Part shown: in pieces, positions 19,249 through 29,606 of the stretch | How positions within the stretch are numbered: position 1 is the stretch's first letter | Layout of the letters: each line of letters begins with the position of its first letter | Source of the DNA: Candidatus Acetothermia bacterium | Lineage (GTDB): Bacteria; Bipolaricaulota; Bipolaricaulia; RBG-16-55-9 | DNA: 64,000 nt | Assembly: GCA_016201405.1 (NCBI GenBank) | Contig: JACQCZ010000016.1 | Coordinates: forward strand, 23,798-87,797 | Direction: 5' to 3' | The notes under the pieces: model-generated | What the model was told of the DNA's origin: nothing | Database searches by the model: none | The model's input: the letters and a program-made list of their open reading frames with translations, nothing else | Translations under genes and position numbers: made by a program

Positions 19249-20798
19249 ATTTTTTTCTCATGAATAACACAATCGTTTTGTGCCAGATGTTCAGGCCGAA
19301 GCAACGACCGGAAGAGATCTATCTCGCTTCTGCTAATGCCCCGCAATGAGAGTAAAATGATGAAATAGATGACCGCTCCCAAAATTGCAGTCCCCATAAT
19401 TGCAACGATGCCGTGGGGCATCAAAAGCAATAAGGACCCGTACATTCCTAGCCCTGCTATTAAAACCTTGATAAAGAACGCGAAGTCGAATCCGATGGAG
19501 AAGATTTTTTCTGAGCATACCACGACAAACCCCATCCGTACAAGGTAAGCAAGGAAAGTTGAAAGGGCCGCTCCCATGATCCCTATTTGCGGGATCAGCA
19601 GAATATTGAGAATGACATTCAGAATGGCTGAGCCCACAAACATCAGCGACATCAGTTTTGTGCGTTCAGTTAGATGCAATACATAAATATAAAACTGGGT
19701 GATCCCCATCCAAAGAATTCCCAACAAGATCGAGAGAACTAGCAGCGGATCGGTCACAAACTCATCCGAAGCAAAAAATCTTAATAGTTGAGATGACAAA
19801 AGATAGAGACCCAAGACGCTGGGAACCGCCAGGGTCAGATAATATCTCATGCAGTTTTGTAAATATCTCCTGGCTTCCATCTTTTTTTTGTCTTCCCAGA
19901 GTCTTGAAATAGTGGGGAATAGAACAAACGCAAGCGGCCATAAGAAGAGTACGGATAACTGTCCTAACGAATAAGAGGCGTTGTAAATGGCAACATTTTT
20001 CAATCCATCATCGAGCAGATGTGTAATAAAATAACGATCGCTCGAGTCGATGACCCATGCAAGAAACGTGCTGATAACCAAAGGCAAACTATAGCCGATA
20101 TAGAAAAAGAGCTTGGAACTCGCAACAGACCGGGGCAGTCCAGTCTGACGAATAATATTTGCTAGAACGACAGTGCAGACCATAGCTTCGACAAAGATGA
20201 AAGCCGTCAGCACACTTCCAAGACCTCCTCCCGTATTGACGAGGTAAAGGGACAAAGCCACTTCAAGAAGGGCTGACATCAGCTCAAGGGCTGTGTACCT
20301 TTTCATCTGACCTGATGTGCGGTAGAAGTTGAGCAAAAATGTGTATGAAGTGCGCGTCACCAAGAAGACTAAAAACAGCTCCACGAAGAAGACATACTGT
20401 GAACTCCCGAAAAGAAAGAGGGAAGCCTCCTCACGAAAGAGAAATCCCAGCCCGCATACAACAAGAAGACCAGCCCAAATCAGAAGCAAGAGCGCGAAGA
20501 AATCTCGATTGATCTCGCTCCTCGATTTTGAAGAGAGATAACGAACGACTGCCATATCGAGCCGCATCGTCAAAATGGGAACGAGCAAGGTCACTGTGAC
20601 GTTGATTTGAGTCCAAATGCCGTACTCTTCTGTGCCCAAGACCTTCGCGATGATGGGAAGAAGAATGAGGCCCCTCAGTTGCAAAACAATTTGCGCCAGA
20701 ACTCGCAACATAACATCACGAAAGAACTTTCTCTCCTCGTGATGAGCTTCGTTCGCAATCGCGTCAAAAGATTCTGGCTGCTGGGTCTGATCACTCAT
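19245..20798 (-). CDS. Polysaccharide transporter (PST)-family flippase, Wzx-like (MOP superfamily), copy 1
   Basis: 517 aa, about 12-14 TM helices. N-terminal region typical of Wzx/RfbX flippases (LRGLILLPIIAKVLGTEEYGIW). Confidence 0.7.
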   Translation of the reverse strand: MSDQTQQPESFDAIANEAHHEERKFFRDVMLRVLAQIVLQLRGLILLPIIAKVLGTEEYGIWTQINVTVTLLVPILTMRLDMAVVRYLSSKSRSEINRDFFALLLLIWAGLLVVCGLGFLFREEASLFLFGSSQYVFFVELFLVFLVTRTSYTFLLNFYRTSGQMKRYTALELMSALLEVALSLYLVNTGGGLGSVLTAFIFVEAMVCTVVLANIIRQTGLPRSVASSKLFFYIGYSLPLVISTFLAWVIDSSDRYFITHLLDDGLKNVAIYNASYSLGQLSVLFLWPLAFVLFPTISRLWEDKKKMEARRYLQNCMRYYLTLAVPSVLGLYLLSSQLLRFFASDEFVTDPLLVLSILLGILWMGITQFYIYVLHLTERTKLMSLMFVGSAILNVILNILLIPQIGIMGAALSTFLAYLVRMGFVVVCSEKIFSIGFDFAFFIKVLIAGLGMYGSLLLLMPHGIVAIMGTAILGAVIYFIILLSLRGISRSEIDLFRSLLRPEHLAQNDCVIHEKKM

Positions 20799-20825
20799 CT
20801 CATCAAGGTTGAGCTCTTAGATTCT

Positions 20826-22517
20826 CTACGTCTTCTTCTCGGATCTCTCAGCTTGGATGAAACCTTGAGAGCTCAAATATTCAAGGATGCTATTGGCTGC
20901 AGCATCGGCACTCATCTGGCTAGTATCGATACCCATCTCTGGATTTCTCGGGACTTCATAGGGATCATCGATCCCAGTAAATTCCTTAATGAGACCGGCA
21001 CGCGCCTTGGCATAGAGTCCCTTACGATCTCTCTCTTCGCAGACCTCAATTGGAGTAGAGACATAAATCTCAATAAAGGCCCCGTACGGAGAGATCATCT
21101 CCCGCACTTCAGTCCGAGTCACCTCATAGGGGGCAATGGGCGCGCAGATGGCAATCCCACGATTCTTGGTGATCTCGCTCGCCACATAGCCTATTCGCCG
21201 GATATTGATATCCCGATCTCTCTTCGAAAACCCCAGCTCGCTCGAAAGGTGCTTCCTTACGATGTCACCATCGAGCAACGTCACAGGTCGGGTCCCAATC
21301 TCCATTAGTTTAGCCATCACTGTCTGAGCAATGGTCGATTTACCAGCGCCTGAAAGACCTGTAAAGAAGATAGTAAAGCCCTGTGATTGCCGTGGTGGAT
21401 GCACCTTCCGCAATTCTTGAATCACATCCGGATATGAAAACCACTCTGGAATCTCAGTCCCATCTCGAAGGCGCTTGCGAAGCTCCGTTCCAGAGAGCGA
21501 AAGCACCTTGGCTCCTTGGGAAACTTCAGAGACAGCGACGTAGCGCTTTGAGTCTTCAAGACAGACCATCTCTTCAAATGCTTTAATCATGATGCCCAGT
21601 TCATTTTCATGACTCTTGGCTAGCTCCTGTGCTTCGTAGGGACCGTAGAATGGCTTGCCATCACTGCCGAGGCCAGGCCCTGCGTGATCTCTCCCAATAA
21701 TGAAATGAGTGCATCCATAATTCTTGCGAATGATAGCGTGCCAAAGGGCCTCCCGCGGACCAGCCATTCTCATGGCCAACGGGAGCAAGCTGAGCATTGT
21801 AGATTCTTGTGGATAGTGTTTTAGAATAGCCTCATAGCAGCGGACTCGTACAAAATAATCGATATCTCCAGGGCTCGTTCTCCCGACGACCGGATGAAGG
21901 AGCAAGTCAGCCTTCAGCTCTTCTGAAGCGCGCCGGGTCAATTCGATGTGAGCACGGTGCATGGGGTTTCGGGTCTGAAAAGCGACAATCTTCTTCCAGC
22001 CTCGTCTATTAAATTGTTCGAGAAGCTCTAATGGCGTATGACGCAAATGATTAAACGTATGATGAGGTGGAAGCTCGATTCCTTCTAGATGTCCCCCAAC
22101 ATAGACCGGATGCATCTGGTGGAGCAGACTGGCAACCCCCGGATGAGCAACATCGGTCGTTCTGAAGACCGCCTGAGCTTCGCCGTGCAGATCTGGCTTC
22201 CAGATATCGGAGATTTCCAGAATGGCAAGAGCCATCCCTTCGGGATGTCGAAGCACCATTCTGTCTCCACAGGAAATCTTGCCAGCAAATTCCTCTGTTA
22301 CATCAAGATTGATCGGAATCGGCCAGAGGGTGCCATCACCAAGTCGCATTTCCTGACAGACCGAGCGATAATCAATTTCCGGTAAGAAGCCGGTCAGAGG
22401 AGCAAAAGCCCCGTTGAGAAGCAATTCCAGATCCCAGATCTGCCTTTGGTTCAAATCCCAGGAGATCAGAGTAAGGGCTTCCTCCTTTAATTCACTCACG
22501 TTTGCCCAAGTTACCAT
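20826..22517 (-). CDS. Bifunctional sulfate adenylyltransferase (ATP sulfurylase) / adenylylsulfate kinase, i.e. a PAPS synthase
   Basis: ATP-sulfurylase motifs QTRNPMHRAHIELT and GRDHAGPG. The C-terminal APS-kinase P-loop is GLSGAGKST. Start moved to MVTWAN (ATG ending 22517). Confidence 0.9.
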   Translation of the reverse strand: MVTWANVSELKEEALTLISWDLNQRQIWDLELLLNGAFAPLTGFLPEIDYRSVCQEMRLGDGTLWPIPINLDVTEEFAGKISCGDRMVLRHPEGMALAILEISDIWKPDLHGEAQAVFRTTDVAHPGVASLLHQMHPVYVGGHLEGIELPPHHTFNHLRHTPLELLEQFNRRGWKKIVAFQTRNPMHRAHIELTRRASEELKADLLLHPVVGRTSPGDIDYFVRVRCYEAILKHYPQESTMLSLLPLAMRMAGPREALWHAIIRKNYGCTHFIIGRDHAGPGLGSDGKPFYGPYEAQELAKSHENELGIMIKAFEEMVCLEDSKRYVAVSEVSQGAKVLSLSGTELRKRLRDGTEIPEWFSYPDVIQELRKVHPPRQSQGFTIFFTGLSGAGKSTIAQTVMAKLMEIGTRPVTLLDGDIVRKHLSSELGFSKRDRDINIRRIGYVASEITKNRGIAICAPIAPYEVTRTEVREMISPYGAFIEIYVSTPIEVCEERDRKGLYAKARAGLIKEFTGIDDPYEVPRNPEMGIDTSQMSADAAANSILEYLSSQGFIQAERSEKKT

Positions 22518-22537
22518 CGTGCAGTATCCCTCCGTTT

Positions 22538-23116
22538 TTAATCTGAGCACTCCAGTTTTTTTATAAAATGGGCTGGTACCCCCCCAATAAGACACTGGCC
22601 CTCAGGAAAGCTCTTTGTCACTACAGATCCTGCCCCTACGACTGTCATTGCGCCCAGGTTGACTCCAGGGAGAATGACAGAGTTCATCCCAAGCCAACAT
22701 TTTTCGCCAATTATAACGTCTTCTGCAGGCAGATGGCGATTGAGATCACAAGGATCATGGTTGGCAGTGATCAGCCCCACATTAGGAGCGATGTAGGTTC
22801 CTTTGCCAATGACAATCTTGCCCGAAAAATTTTGATAGTAACAGCCAATGGTCTGGAAATTGTTCAAATCATCTGGATCAAAAATAAGATTTTCCCAGCG
22901 AGATATGACAATCAATGGACTCACTGGCCAAGGAACATGTCGATTGAAACCTACAATCTTCTGGATGAATATGGATCTCCAGACCCAGTACCATCCTGTT
23001 GTCTGTCCTTCAAAGTGCCGTCCAGTCAGGTATTTTCGATCAAAAAAGATAGGGCCTATCAATTTCAAGATTGGAATTACCAGCGATCGGAAGAGAGTCT
23101 TCGAGAGCCGGGGCAT
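22538..23116 (-). CDS. Hexapeptide-repeat sugar O-acetyltransferase (WcaF/MAT-like left-handed beta-helix)
   Basis: Hexapeptide repeats: IAPNVGLITANHDP...GEKCWLGMNSVILPGVNLGAMTVVGAGSVV. Confidence 0.75.
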   Translation of the reverse strand: MPRLSKTLFRSLVIPILKLIGPIFFDRKYLTGRHFEGQTTGWYWVWRSIFIQKIVGFNRHVPWPVSPLIVISRWENLIFDPDDLNNFQTIGCYYQNFSGKIVIGKGTYIAPNVGLITANHDPCDLNRHLPAEDVIIGEKCWLGMNSVILPGVNLGAMTVVGAGSVVTKSFPEGQCLIGGVPAHFIKKLECSD

Positions 23117-24411
23117 TATCGGACCTCCTCCACACTAAAAGAATAGACAACATATCGATATCCAAAGAAAAAAGCAATGTACGTCAGAACCATGCCAAGC
23201 GAGTAAAAAGCAACTGCTTCCGTTGGCGAGCTTCCAAGTGCGTGTGCACCATAAAGTGAGAGAACGACGAGGATGAGCCGGATGGCATCTCCATAAAGCT
23301 GAATATCCTGCCGCCCAACGAGATTGGCGCTAGGTGAGATCGATGAGACAATCATTTGCAGTGCCAGCGTTGGCGCCATGATTGCAGCCATGCAGCCAGC
23401 CTGAGACCAATCTGGGCCAAATAAGATTGGGAAGACCCAAGGACAGATCAAACCTGCCAACAGAAGGAGCGCGCTAATCTTAAACAACCTGCGAGTCGTC
23501 ATCTTGAATAAATGAATCAATGACGGATCTTCGGATTGCAACGCCTGTGATGCCTCTCCAATATATACCTGTGAAACGGAGCCACTGATCAACGTCACGG
23601 GAGCCCCCATCACACGCTGGACTAATGCAAATAGTCCTGCAGAGTGAGGGTCATAGAGAGAGATCAACAGAATCGGAGGAAGTTGAATCCCACCAATGTT
23701 AAGCAATCCTGACCAACTTGAGAAGAGGGGGAATCGCTTGTACTTCCGCCCAGCCTCTCTCATGCTTTCTGCTGTGACCTCATCAGAAAGTGCTTTGCGA
23801 TCCTGCTTCCATGAAGGAATTACAAGCCCTGCAGTAGAGCTGATCCTGCTAAAGAGATCTCCAATAAAAAGACCAATAGGTGAATGCCATAAAAATCCTA
23901 GAGAAGCCTGCGCGACGACCTGCCCGAGCCCTTGATTCACCCGGGATTGTGCGATGATTCCAAATCTCTGGTTTCGAATGGCCCAATAACTGACTGCCTG
24001 GTTGATCCCCGCAAAGAGCAAACTCCATGGCAGTATCCATAAATTGAGAGAGATATTTTCTGTGTTGATAAGCTGATCAAGACGCACTCCAAAAAGCTCA
24101 ACGATGAGCAGCACAAGCAAGCTGATGATCACGACAATCATGAGTGAAAGCGCAACCAGATTTAAAGCTGTCTTATTCTCGGTTGGTAGGGGTATCGCTA
24201 GCTCATATTTGAGAGATACTATGGCTATAAGCATAGTGAGGACTGAAAGATAAACTGAAAAGAGACCAAAATCTGTCGGTGTATAAAGCCGGGTCAGAAG
24301 CGGGGAAAACAAGAGAACCACGCTCTGACCCAAGCCAGTCCCGCCCGCTAAGATGATGGCATTACGTGCGAACCGATCTTGTGGGAGGAATCTCTTCAAA
24401 AGATGAATCAT
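23116..24411 (-). CDS. Wzx-like O-unit flippase (MOP/PST family), copy 2
   Basis: 431 aa, about 12 TM helices. N-terminus NAIILAGGTGLGQSVVLLFSPLLTRLY is typical of Wzx. Confidence 0.75.
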   Translation of the reverse strand: MIHLLKRFLPQDRFARNAIILAGGTGLGQSVVLLFSPLLTRLYTPTDFGLFSVYLSVLTMLIAIVSLKYELAIPLPTENKTALNLVALSLMIVVIISLLVLLIVELFGVRLDQLINTENISLNLWILPWSLLFAGINQAVSYWAIRNQRFGIIAQSRVNQGLGQVVAQASLGFLWHSPIGLFIGDLFSRISSTAGLVIPSWKQDRKALSDEVTAESMREAGRKYKRFPLFSSWSGLLNIGGIQLPPILLISLYDPHSAGLFALVQRVMGAPVTLISGSVSQVYIGEASQALQSEDPSLIHLFKMTTRRLFKISALLLLAGLICPWVFPILFGPDWSQAGCMAAIMAPTLALQMIVSSISPSANLVGRQDIQLYGDAIRLILVVLSLYGAHALGSSPTEAVAFYSLGMVLTYIAFFFGYRYVVYSFSVEEVR

Positions 24412-24474
24412 AAATTCCCCCGATCAGACCCATTCGCAACCATCTCTAAGTCGCTTCGTTCCAATTTCGCTCCA

Positions 24475-25569
24475 TTACTTCCAATTCGATCTGATCAATA
24501 CATCGACAATCTTAGAAGCGGCACGGCCATCACCATAACAATCTGTCTGATCATCGCCTGATTGAGCATTTTGGGTGGCTCTCCCAATGCGCTTTGGATC
24601 TGTACCCGCCAGTTGATTCCAACCTGACTCAACAGTCTCGAGCCACTCTGTCTCGTCGCGTAGCGTGACGCAGGGAACCTGAAAGAAGAAGGCCTCTTTC
24701 TGCACGCCTCCAGAATCTGTCAAAATGATCTTCGCATTCTTCTCTAACAGAAGCATCTCTAGATATGAGACCGGCTCTATCGCTTTGGCATGATTTAGTA
24801 ATAAGCCAAACTCTTTCATCTTCCTGCGGGTTCGCGGATGAAGTGGGAATACTACGTTTAGACCACGTGCAGAAATTTCATCCAGTGCGCCCAGAATATT
24901 TTCAAGTCGTGTAGAATCGTCAGTATTTTCAGCACGATGAACTGTAGCGAGTGCATATCTTCTTGGGTCAAGAGCGAGCTTCTTCAGAATCAGCGCGTGT
25001 TTCTCTGCAAGGTTTGCATAGTGCAGAACAGAGTCATACATGACATCTCCCACATGATGGACCCCATGCACAATCCCTTCATTGGCTAGATTCGTTATTG
25101 CAGCCTGTGTGGGGCAGAAGAGCAAATTAGAGATGTGGTCGGTAAGCACACGGTTTACCTCTTCAGGCATGGTGCGGTTGAAGCTGCGGAGACCTGCCTC
25201 CACATGGGCTACCCGAATCTGCAGCTTGCCTGCAGCCAGTGCCCCGGCCAGAGTCGAATTTGTATCTCCGTAAACGACGACCCAATCTGGTTTCTCATTG
25301 AGGAGAACCCCTTCAGTGCGCTTCAGCATCTCCCCAGTCTGGAAGCCCTGCGCCCCCGATCCAACTCCCAAGTTGTAATCAGGCTCTTTTAAGCTCAGCT
25401 CATCAAAGAATATCTTGGACAGCTCTTTGTCGTAGTGCTGTCCGGTGTGAACTAGAATCTCTTGAATTCTGCAATGGACACCACTTTGATTATGTTCTTC
25501 TATGGCTTTCAAAATGGGACCAAGCTTGACAAATTGGGGTCTGGCACCCACGACATTGAGAATCTTCAT
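24475..25569 (-). CDS. UDP-N-acetylglucosamine 2-epimerase family enzyme, WbpI-like (second 2-epimerase)
   Basis: N-terminus [16 protein letters not shown] and the HVEAGLRS motif. ATGA overlap with the upstream aminotransferase. Confidence 0.85.
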   Translation of the reverse strand: MKILNVVGARPQFVKLGPILKAIEEHNQSGVHCRIQEILVHTGQHYDKELSKIFFDELSLKEPDYNLGVGSGAQGFQTGEMLKRTEGVLLNEKPDWVVVYGDTNSTLAGALAAGKLQIRVAHVEAGLRSFNRTMPEEVNRVLTDHISNLLFCPTQAAITNLANEGIVHGVHHVGDVMYDSVLHYANLAEKHALILKKLALDPRRYALATVHRAENTDDSTRLENILGALDEISARGLNVVFPLHPRTRRKMKEFGLLLNHAKAIEPVSYLEMLLLEKNAKIILTDSGGVQKEAFFFQVPCVTLRDETEWLETVESGWNQLAGTDPKRIGRATQNAQSGDDQTDCYGDGRAASKIVDVLIRSNWK

Positions 25570-26714
25570 GCAGCCTTGGTGCGGTTTTTTGAACAGAACT
25601 CTTCGATCTCATAGCCCACCATTCGCCGCTCTTCACCCGTCAATTCAGGAAAGATTGGGAGTGAGAGCACTTCTCGGCTCACGCGTTCTGTAATTGGAAA
25701 ATCTCCCACTTTCCCGCCCAATGAGCGGATGGCAGGCTGCAGATGAAGCGGAAGCGGGTAATAGACAGTAGAGCCAATGCCTTTCTCCTGAAGATATTCT
25801 TGCAGCGCTTCTCGCTCGCCGTTCAGCACACACACGGTGTACTGGTGATAGACATGGGTTCGATGAGCAGCTTGAGCAGGCACGATTACTCCATCCAGAG
25901 AACGGAGAAGCTGGTCGTACGCAAGTGCATGCCCCTGACGAGCCTTGATCCACCTGTCTAGATGCCTCAGCTTGACTCGCAAGATCGCCGCTTGAAGAGC
26001 ATCCATGCGGCTATTCATGCCAATCATGTCATGGTGATACTTTGCTTTACTCCCCTGAACACGAAGCATCTGGACGCGCTCAGCCAGGTCGCTATCTTGC
26101 GTGATCACCAGGCCGGCATCTCCAAACGCACCGATATTTTTGGTGGGGAAGAAGCTGATACAGCCAAAATCTCCGATGCTCCCAGCCATATCTTCACCGT
26201 ACTTGCTTCCAATCGCTTGGGCGGCGTCTTCGATAACTCGCAAATTGAACTCATCGGCTAGAGCCACAATCTCATCCATATCTGCAGGCTGCCCATAGAG
26301 ATGGACGGGAATGATCGCCTTGGCTTGGCCTCTTAGCTTCATATCCGAGCCAAGCAGCTTGCGAATAGCCTTTGGATCTATATTGAACGTCTGCTCGTCG
26401 ATGTCAACAAAGAGAGGCTTCGCGCCAACATTGAGAATAGCGCTTGCCGTTGCAAAGAAAGTGAACGGGGTCGTAATGACCACATCGCCCGCTCCAATCT
26501 CAAGCGCACGGAGCGCAAGCCAGAGTGCATCAGTTCCGTTGGCCACGCCAATAGCATGTTTGACTCCCAAATATTTAGCTGCCTCATCCTCAAACGCCTG
26601 GACTTCAGGTCCCAAAATGTAGTGTCCAGAGGCCATCACTCTCTCGACTTCGGTCAAGATCTCCGGTTTCAAATGTTGATACTGGCGGGTCAGATCAAAC
26701 GATGGGATTTTCAC
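25566..26714 (-). CDS. DegT-family aminotransferase, WbpE-like (UDP-3-oxo-GlcNAcA aminotransferase)
   Basis: [10 protein letters not shown] region, GVANGTDAL motif and PLP-Lys region [14 protein letters not shown]. The start is probably the GTG at 26712-26714 overlapping the upstream stop (GTGA). The first ATG (26765) would overlap the upstream gene by 55 nt. Confidence 0.8.
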   Translation of the reverse strand: MKIPSFDLTRQYQHLKPEILTEVERVMASGHYILGPEVQAFEDEAAKYLGVKHAIGVANGTDALWLALRALEIGAGDVVITTPFTFFATASAILNVGAKPLFVDIDEQTFNIDPKAIRKLLGSDMKLRGQAKAIIPVHLYGQPADMDEIVALADEFNLRVIEDAAQAIGSKYGEDMAGSIGDFGCISFFPTKNIGAFGDAGLVITQDSDLAERVQMLRVQGSKAKYHHDMIGMNSRMDALQAAILRVKLRHLDRWIKARQGHALAYDQLLRSLDGVIVPAQAAHRTHVYHQYTVCVLNGEREALQEYLQEKGIGSTVYYPLPLHLQPAIRSLGGKVGDFPITERVSREVLSLPIFPELTGEERRMVGYEIEEFCSKNRTKAA

Positions 26715-28288
26715 GAAACACGCTCCAGGGTCTCGTCTCCGCTCATGTGATACGAAAGGCCACATGCCTCACAAACGCCCTTCTTCCTCACGACTTTTAG
26801 CTTCACACCGCATTCGCAAATCCAGCCTGAGATTTGGGCAGGCACTCCCACAACCAAAGCGTAGTCAGGCACATCATGAGTCACGACGGCTCCTGCACCA
26901 ACAAAGGCAAATTTCCCGATTGTCGCTCCACAGACAATGGTGCAGTTGGCTCCGAGACTTGCACCCGTCCGAATCAGAGTGCTTTGAAACTCATGCTTAC
27001 GCACGACGGCGCTTCTTGGGTTATTCACGTTGGTAAAGACCATAGAAGGGCCACAGAAGACGTGATCCTCTAGCTGAACGCCCTCATAGACTGAGACGTT
27101 GTTCTGGATCTTGACGCCGTTGCCAATCTGGACGCCCTTGGCAACAAAGACGTTTTGGCCCAGTACGCAATTTGAACCGATCGAGGCTTGACTCATCACA
27201 TGGCTGAAATGCCAAATTCGGGTCCCAGCTCCAATGACCGCACCCTTATCTATGATTGCCGTGGGGTGGGCATAAAACGAATCACGGGGATGATCTAACG
27301 GCATTCGGGTTCCTTGGGCTTCGAGCGACTTCTGCGCTGCCTCCAGCACTTGCAGAACCCTTACACCTTCTTCTGCATCAGACATAGGGCGCTCCCGCGT
27401 GGCAACGGAATTGAGAAAATGCAAGCACTCTATTTTTAGAGGCTCTTCGCTTTCTAATTTCTCAGCAATGGGATCTGATTTTTGCGCCACAGGGACATTC
27501 CCGTGTGACCAGTCCACGCGGTGGGGATAGAGCAAGAGCTTCTCCTCCCAGGGGCGAGTATCATCAAAGACTGCCATTTGACGGTCCCCAACGACAACCA
27601 GCCGCTGCTCTTTGAAGGGGTGCAGCCAGCTCACATAAATATGGGCTTCAATGCCTGTCGCAAATGATAAGTGCGTAAGCGTCACATCTGCGATCTCTCG
27701 GTTGAGATAGCCAGCGCCATGACACGAGATCTGCTGGGGCATCTTGCCCACCAGGCGCAGAATGATGGCAACATCATGGGGCGCAAAGCTCCAGAGGGCG
27801 TTCTCTTCTGTGCGGATGCGACCCAAATTCAACCGATTCGAATAAATATATTGAACGCGTCCTAATGCACCTTCGTTCACCAATGCTCTCAGCCTTGTGA
27901 TCGCTGGATGATATTCTAGAACATGCCCCACCATGAGGATCCTATTGAGTCTCACAGACTCTTCAAGAAGTAATTTGCCCTCTTCTGATGTCAACGCCAT
28001 CGGCTTCTCAACCAACACATCTTTCCCAGCCCGCATGGCCGCCATGGCCAAGGCGTAGTGCGTGGGTGCCGGAGTAGCAATGACCACGGCCTGAATATCG
28101 GCTCGCGAGAGGACCTCTTCCGCTCGAAGGTGAACATCCACTCCAGCAAACTGGCTCTGGATCTCTCGAAGGCGCGCTGCATCCGAATCGCAAACCGCTT
28201 GAAGGGCACCCAGCTCGCTCCAGACTCGGACGTGGTTCCGCCCCCACATACCAGAGCCCAAAACTGCTACCGAGATTTTCTTGCCCAT
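26711..28288 (-). CDS. Fusion protein: an N-terminal Gfo/Idh/MocA NAD-dependent dehydrogenase (WbpB-like) joined to a C-terminal hexapeptide N-acetyltransferase (WbpD-like), with a terminal Cys4 zinc-ribbon
   Basis: N-terminus [14 protein letters not shown] is a Rossmann Gfo/Idh/MocA signature. The C-terminal 170 aa carry hexapeptide repeats ([35 protein letters not shown]...). They end in CECG...x11...CEACG. Confidence 0.75.
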   Translation of the reverse strand: MGKKISVAVLGSGMWGRNHVRVWSELGALQAVCDSDAARLREIQSQFAGVDVHLRAEEVLSRADIQAVVIATPAPTHYALAMAAMRAGKDVLVEKPMALTSEEGKLLLEESVRLNRILMVGHVLEYHPAITRLRALVNEGALGRVQYIYSNRLNLGRIRTEENALWSFAPHDVAIILRLVGKMPQQISCHGAGYLNREIADVTLTHLSFATGIEAHIYVSWLHPFKEQRLVVVGDRQMAVFDDTRPWEEKLLLYPHRVDWSHGNVPVAQKSDPIAEKLESEEPLKIECLHFLNSVATRERPMSDAEEGVRVLQVLEAAQKSLEAQGTRMPLDHPRDSFYAHPTAIIDKGAVIGAGTRIWHFSHVMSQASIGSNCVLGQNVFVAKGVQIGNGVKIQNNVSVYEGVQLEDHVFCGPSMVFTNVNNPRSAVVRKHEFQSTLIRTGASLGANCTIVCGATIGKFAFVGAGAVVTHDVPDYALVVGVPAQISGWICECGVKLKVVRKKGVCEACGLSYHMSGDETLERVS

Positions 28289-28302
28289 AGAAAAAACCCC
28301 AT

Positions 28303-29604
28303 TTATAATCGCCAGAATAGAAGCCCTCTCGTCTTCTCAAGCTCCTCTTTGTGAAGGACTCCCTTCACATCCACGAGCACCGCAGATTTTTCTGAACCCA
28401 TGTTCAATAACCCGATAAAGGCCTCAGGCTTTTGGTCCAATAGGACTTGGTGGGGGACGGCTAAAATCACAGCATCATATTTCTCTTTTGTCGAAAATGG
28501 GTCTTCTACGACTTGAAGACCCAGCTTCATGAGGCGCTTGGTTTCTATCAGCGGATCATGAACCACAACATGGGCGTCAAATCGCCTTAACTCTTCAATG
28601 AGATCTACAACCCGAGTACTGCGAAGATCATTGACGTTCTCTTTGAACGCGACTCCCAAAACCAATATCTTGCTCTTCTGAATGCTCTTCCCTGCACGGG
28701 CAAGCAGGCGGATCGTCTCTTGCGCCACATAGGGAGCCATTGAATTGTTGATCTGTCTGCCAGCCAGAATCACTTGCGGGTGATAGCCGATTGTCTCGGC
28801 TTTGTGTGTCAAGTAATACGGATCGACGGGAATGCAGTGTCCACCCACCAGCCCTGGTTCAAATGGTAAAAAATTCCACTTTGTGCGAGAGGCTTTCAGG
28901 ACCTCTCTCGTGTCAATCGCCAGCCGGTGGAAGATGAGGGCAAGCTCATTCATAAGAGCGATATTCAGATCTCGTTGAATATTCTCGATCACTTTGGCCG
29001 CCTCTGCGGTGCGGATATTGGGTGCAGTATAGGTGCCAGCCAAAACTACCTCTCCATATAGTTTTGCCAATCTTTCAGCCGTCTTTGCATCTTGAGCAGA
29101 GACGACTTTGGTAATGGTAGACAGCGTGTGCTCCCGGTCCCCAGGATTGATTCGCTCTGGCGAATAACCGACAAAAAAATCTCGGCCTGCTTTCAGGCCA
29201 GACTCACGCTCCAGCACAGGCTGACAGACTTCTTCGGTGCAGCCGGGGAAGACCGTGGATTCATAAACGACTATTGCGCCTCTCTTAAGATGCTTCCCAA
29301 CAGTCGCGCTAGCGCTGACGAGCGGGGCAAGGTCAGGCTGGTTGGCAGCATCCACTGGACTTGGCACGGCAACAATCACCACATCGGCATCCTGAATCAC
29401 GGCTGGGTCATTGGTGTATGATAAATGAAGAGCTCGCAACTCTTCCGAGGATGTCTCTTCATTGCGATCAAAACTTTGCTGAAGTTCTTTGACCCGCTCA
29501 GCATTGATGTCATAGCCAATCGTGGTGCGAGTCTGGCCAAAGGCTGTCGCCAATGGCAATCCCACATACCCTAGTCCAACAACAACAAGCAGTTCACGAT
29601 CCAT
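28303..29604 (-). CDS. UDP-sugar 6-dehydrogenase, WbpA/WecC family (UDP-GlcNAc or UDP-ManNAc dehydrogenase)
   Basis: Rossmann [12 protein letters not shown] and catalytic region GGHCIPVDP. Start moved to MDRELL (ATG 29602-29604), 2 nt from the upstream stop. Confidence 0.85.
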   Translation of the reverse strand: MDRELLVVVGLGYVGLPLATAFGQTRTTIGYDINAERVKELQQSFDRNEETSSEELRALHLSYTNDPAVIQDADVVIVAVPSPVDAANQPDLAPLVSASATVGKHLKRGAIVVYESTVFPGCTEEVCQPVLERESGLKAGRDFFVGYSPERINPGDREHTLSTITKVVSAQDAKTAERLAKLYGEVVLAGTYTAPNIRTAEAAKVIENIQRDLNIALMNELALIFHRLAIDTREVLKASRTKWNFLPFEPGLVGGHCIPVDPYYLTHKAETIGYHPQVILAGRQINNSMAPYVAQETIRLLARAGKSIQKSKILVLGVAFKENVNDLRSTRVVDLIEELRRFDAHVVVHDPLIETKRLMKLGLQVVEDPFSTKEKYDAVILAVPHQVLLDQKPEAFIGLLNMGSEKSAVLVDVKGVLHKEELEKTRGLLFWRL

Positions 29605-29606
29605 GC

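Noticed and set aside
22568-23146. 192-aa ORF on the plus strand exactly mirroring the hexapeptide acetyltransferase gene
   Set aside because: Shadow ORF antisense to a well-supported gene. The translation has no family features.
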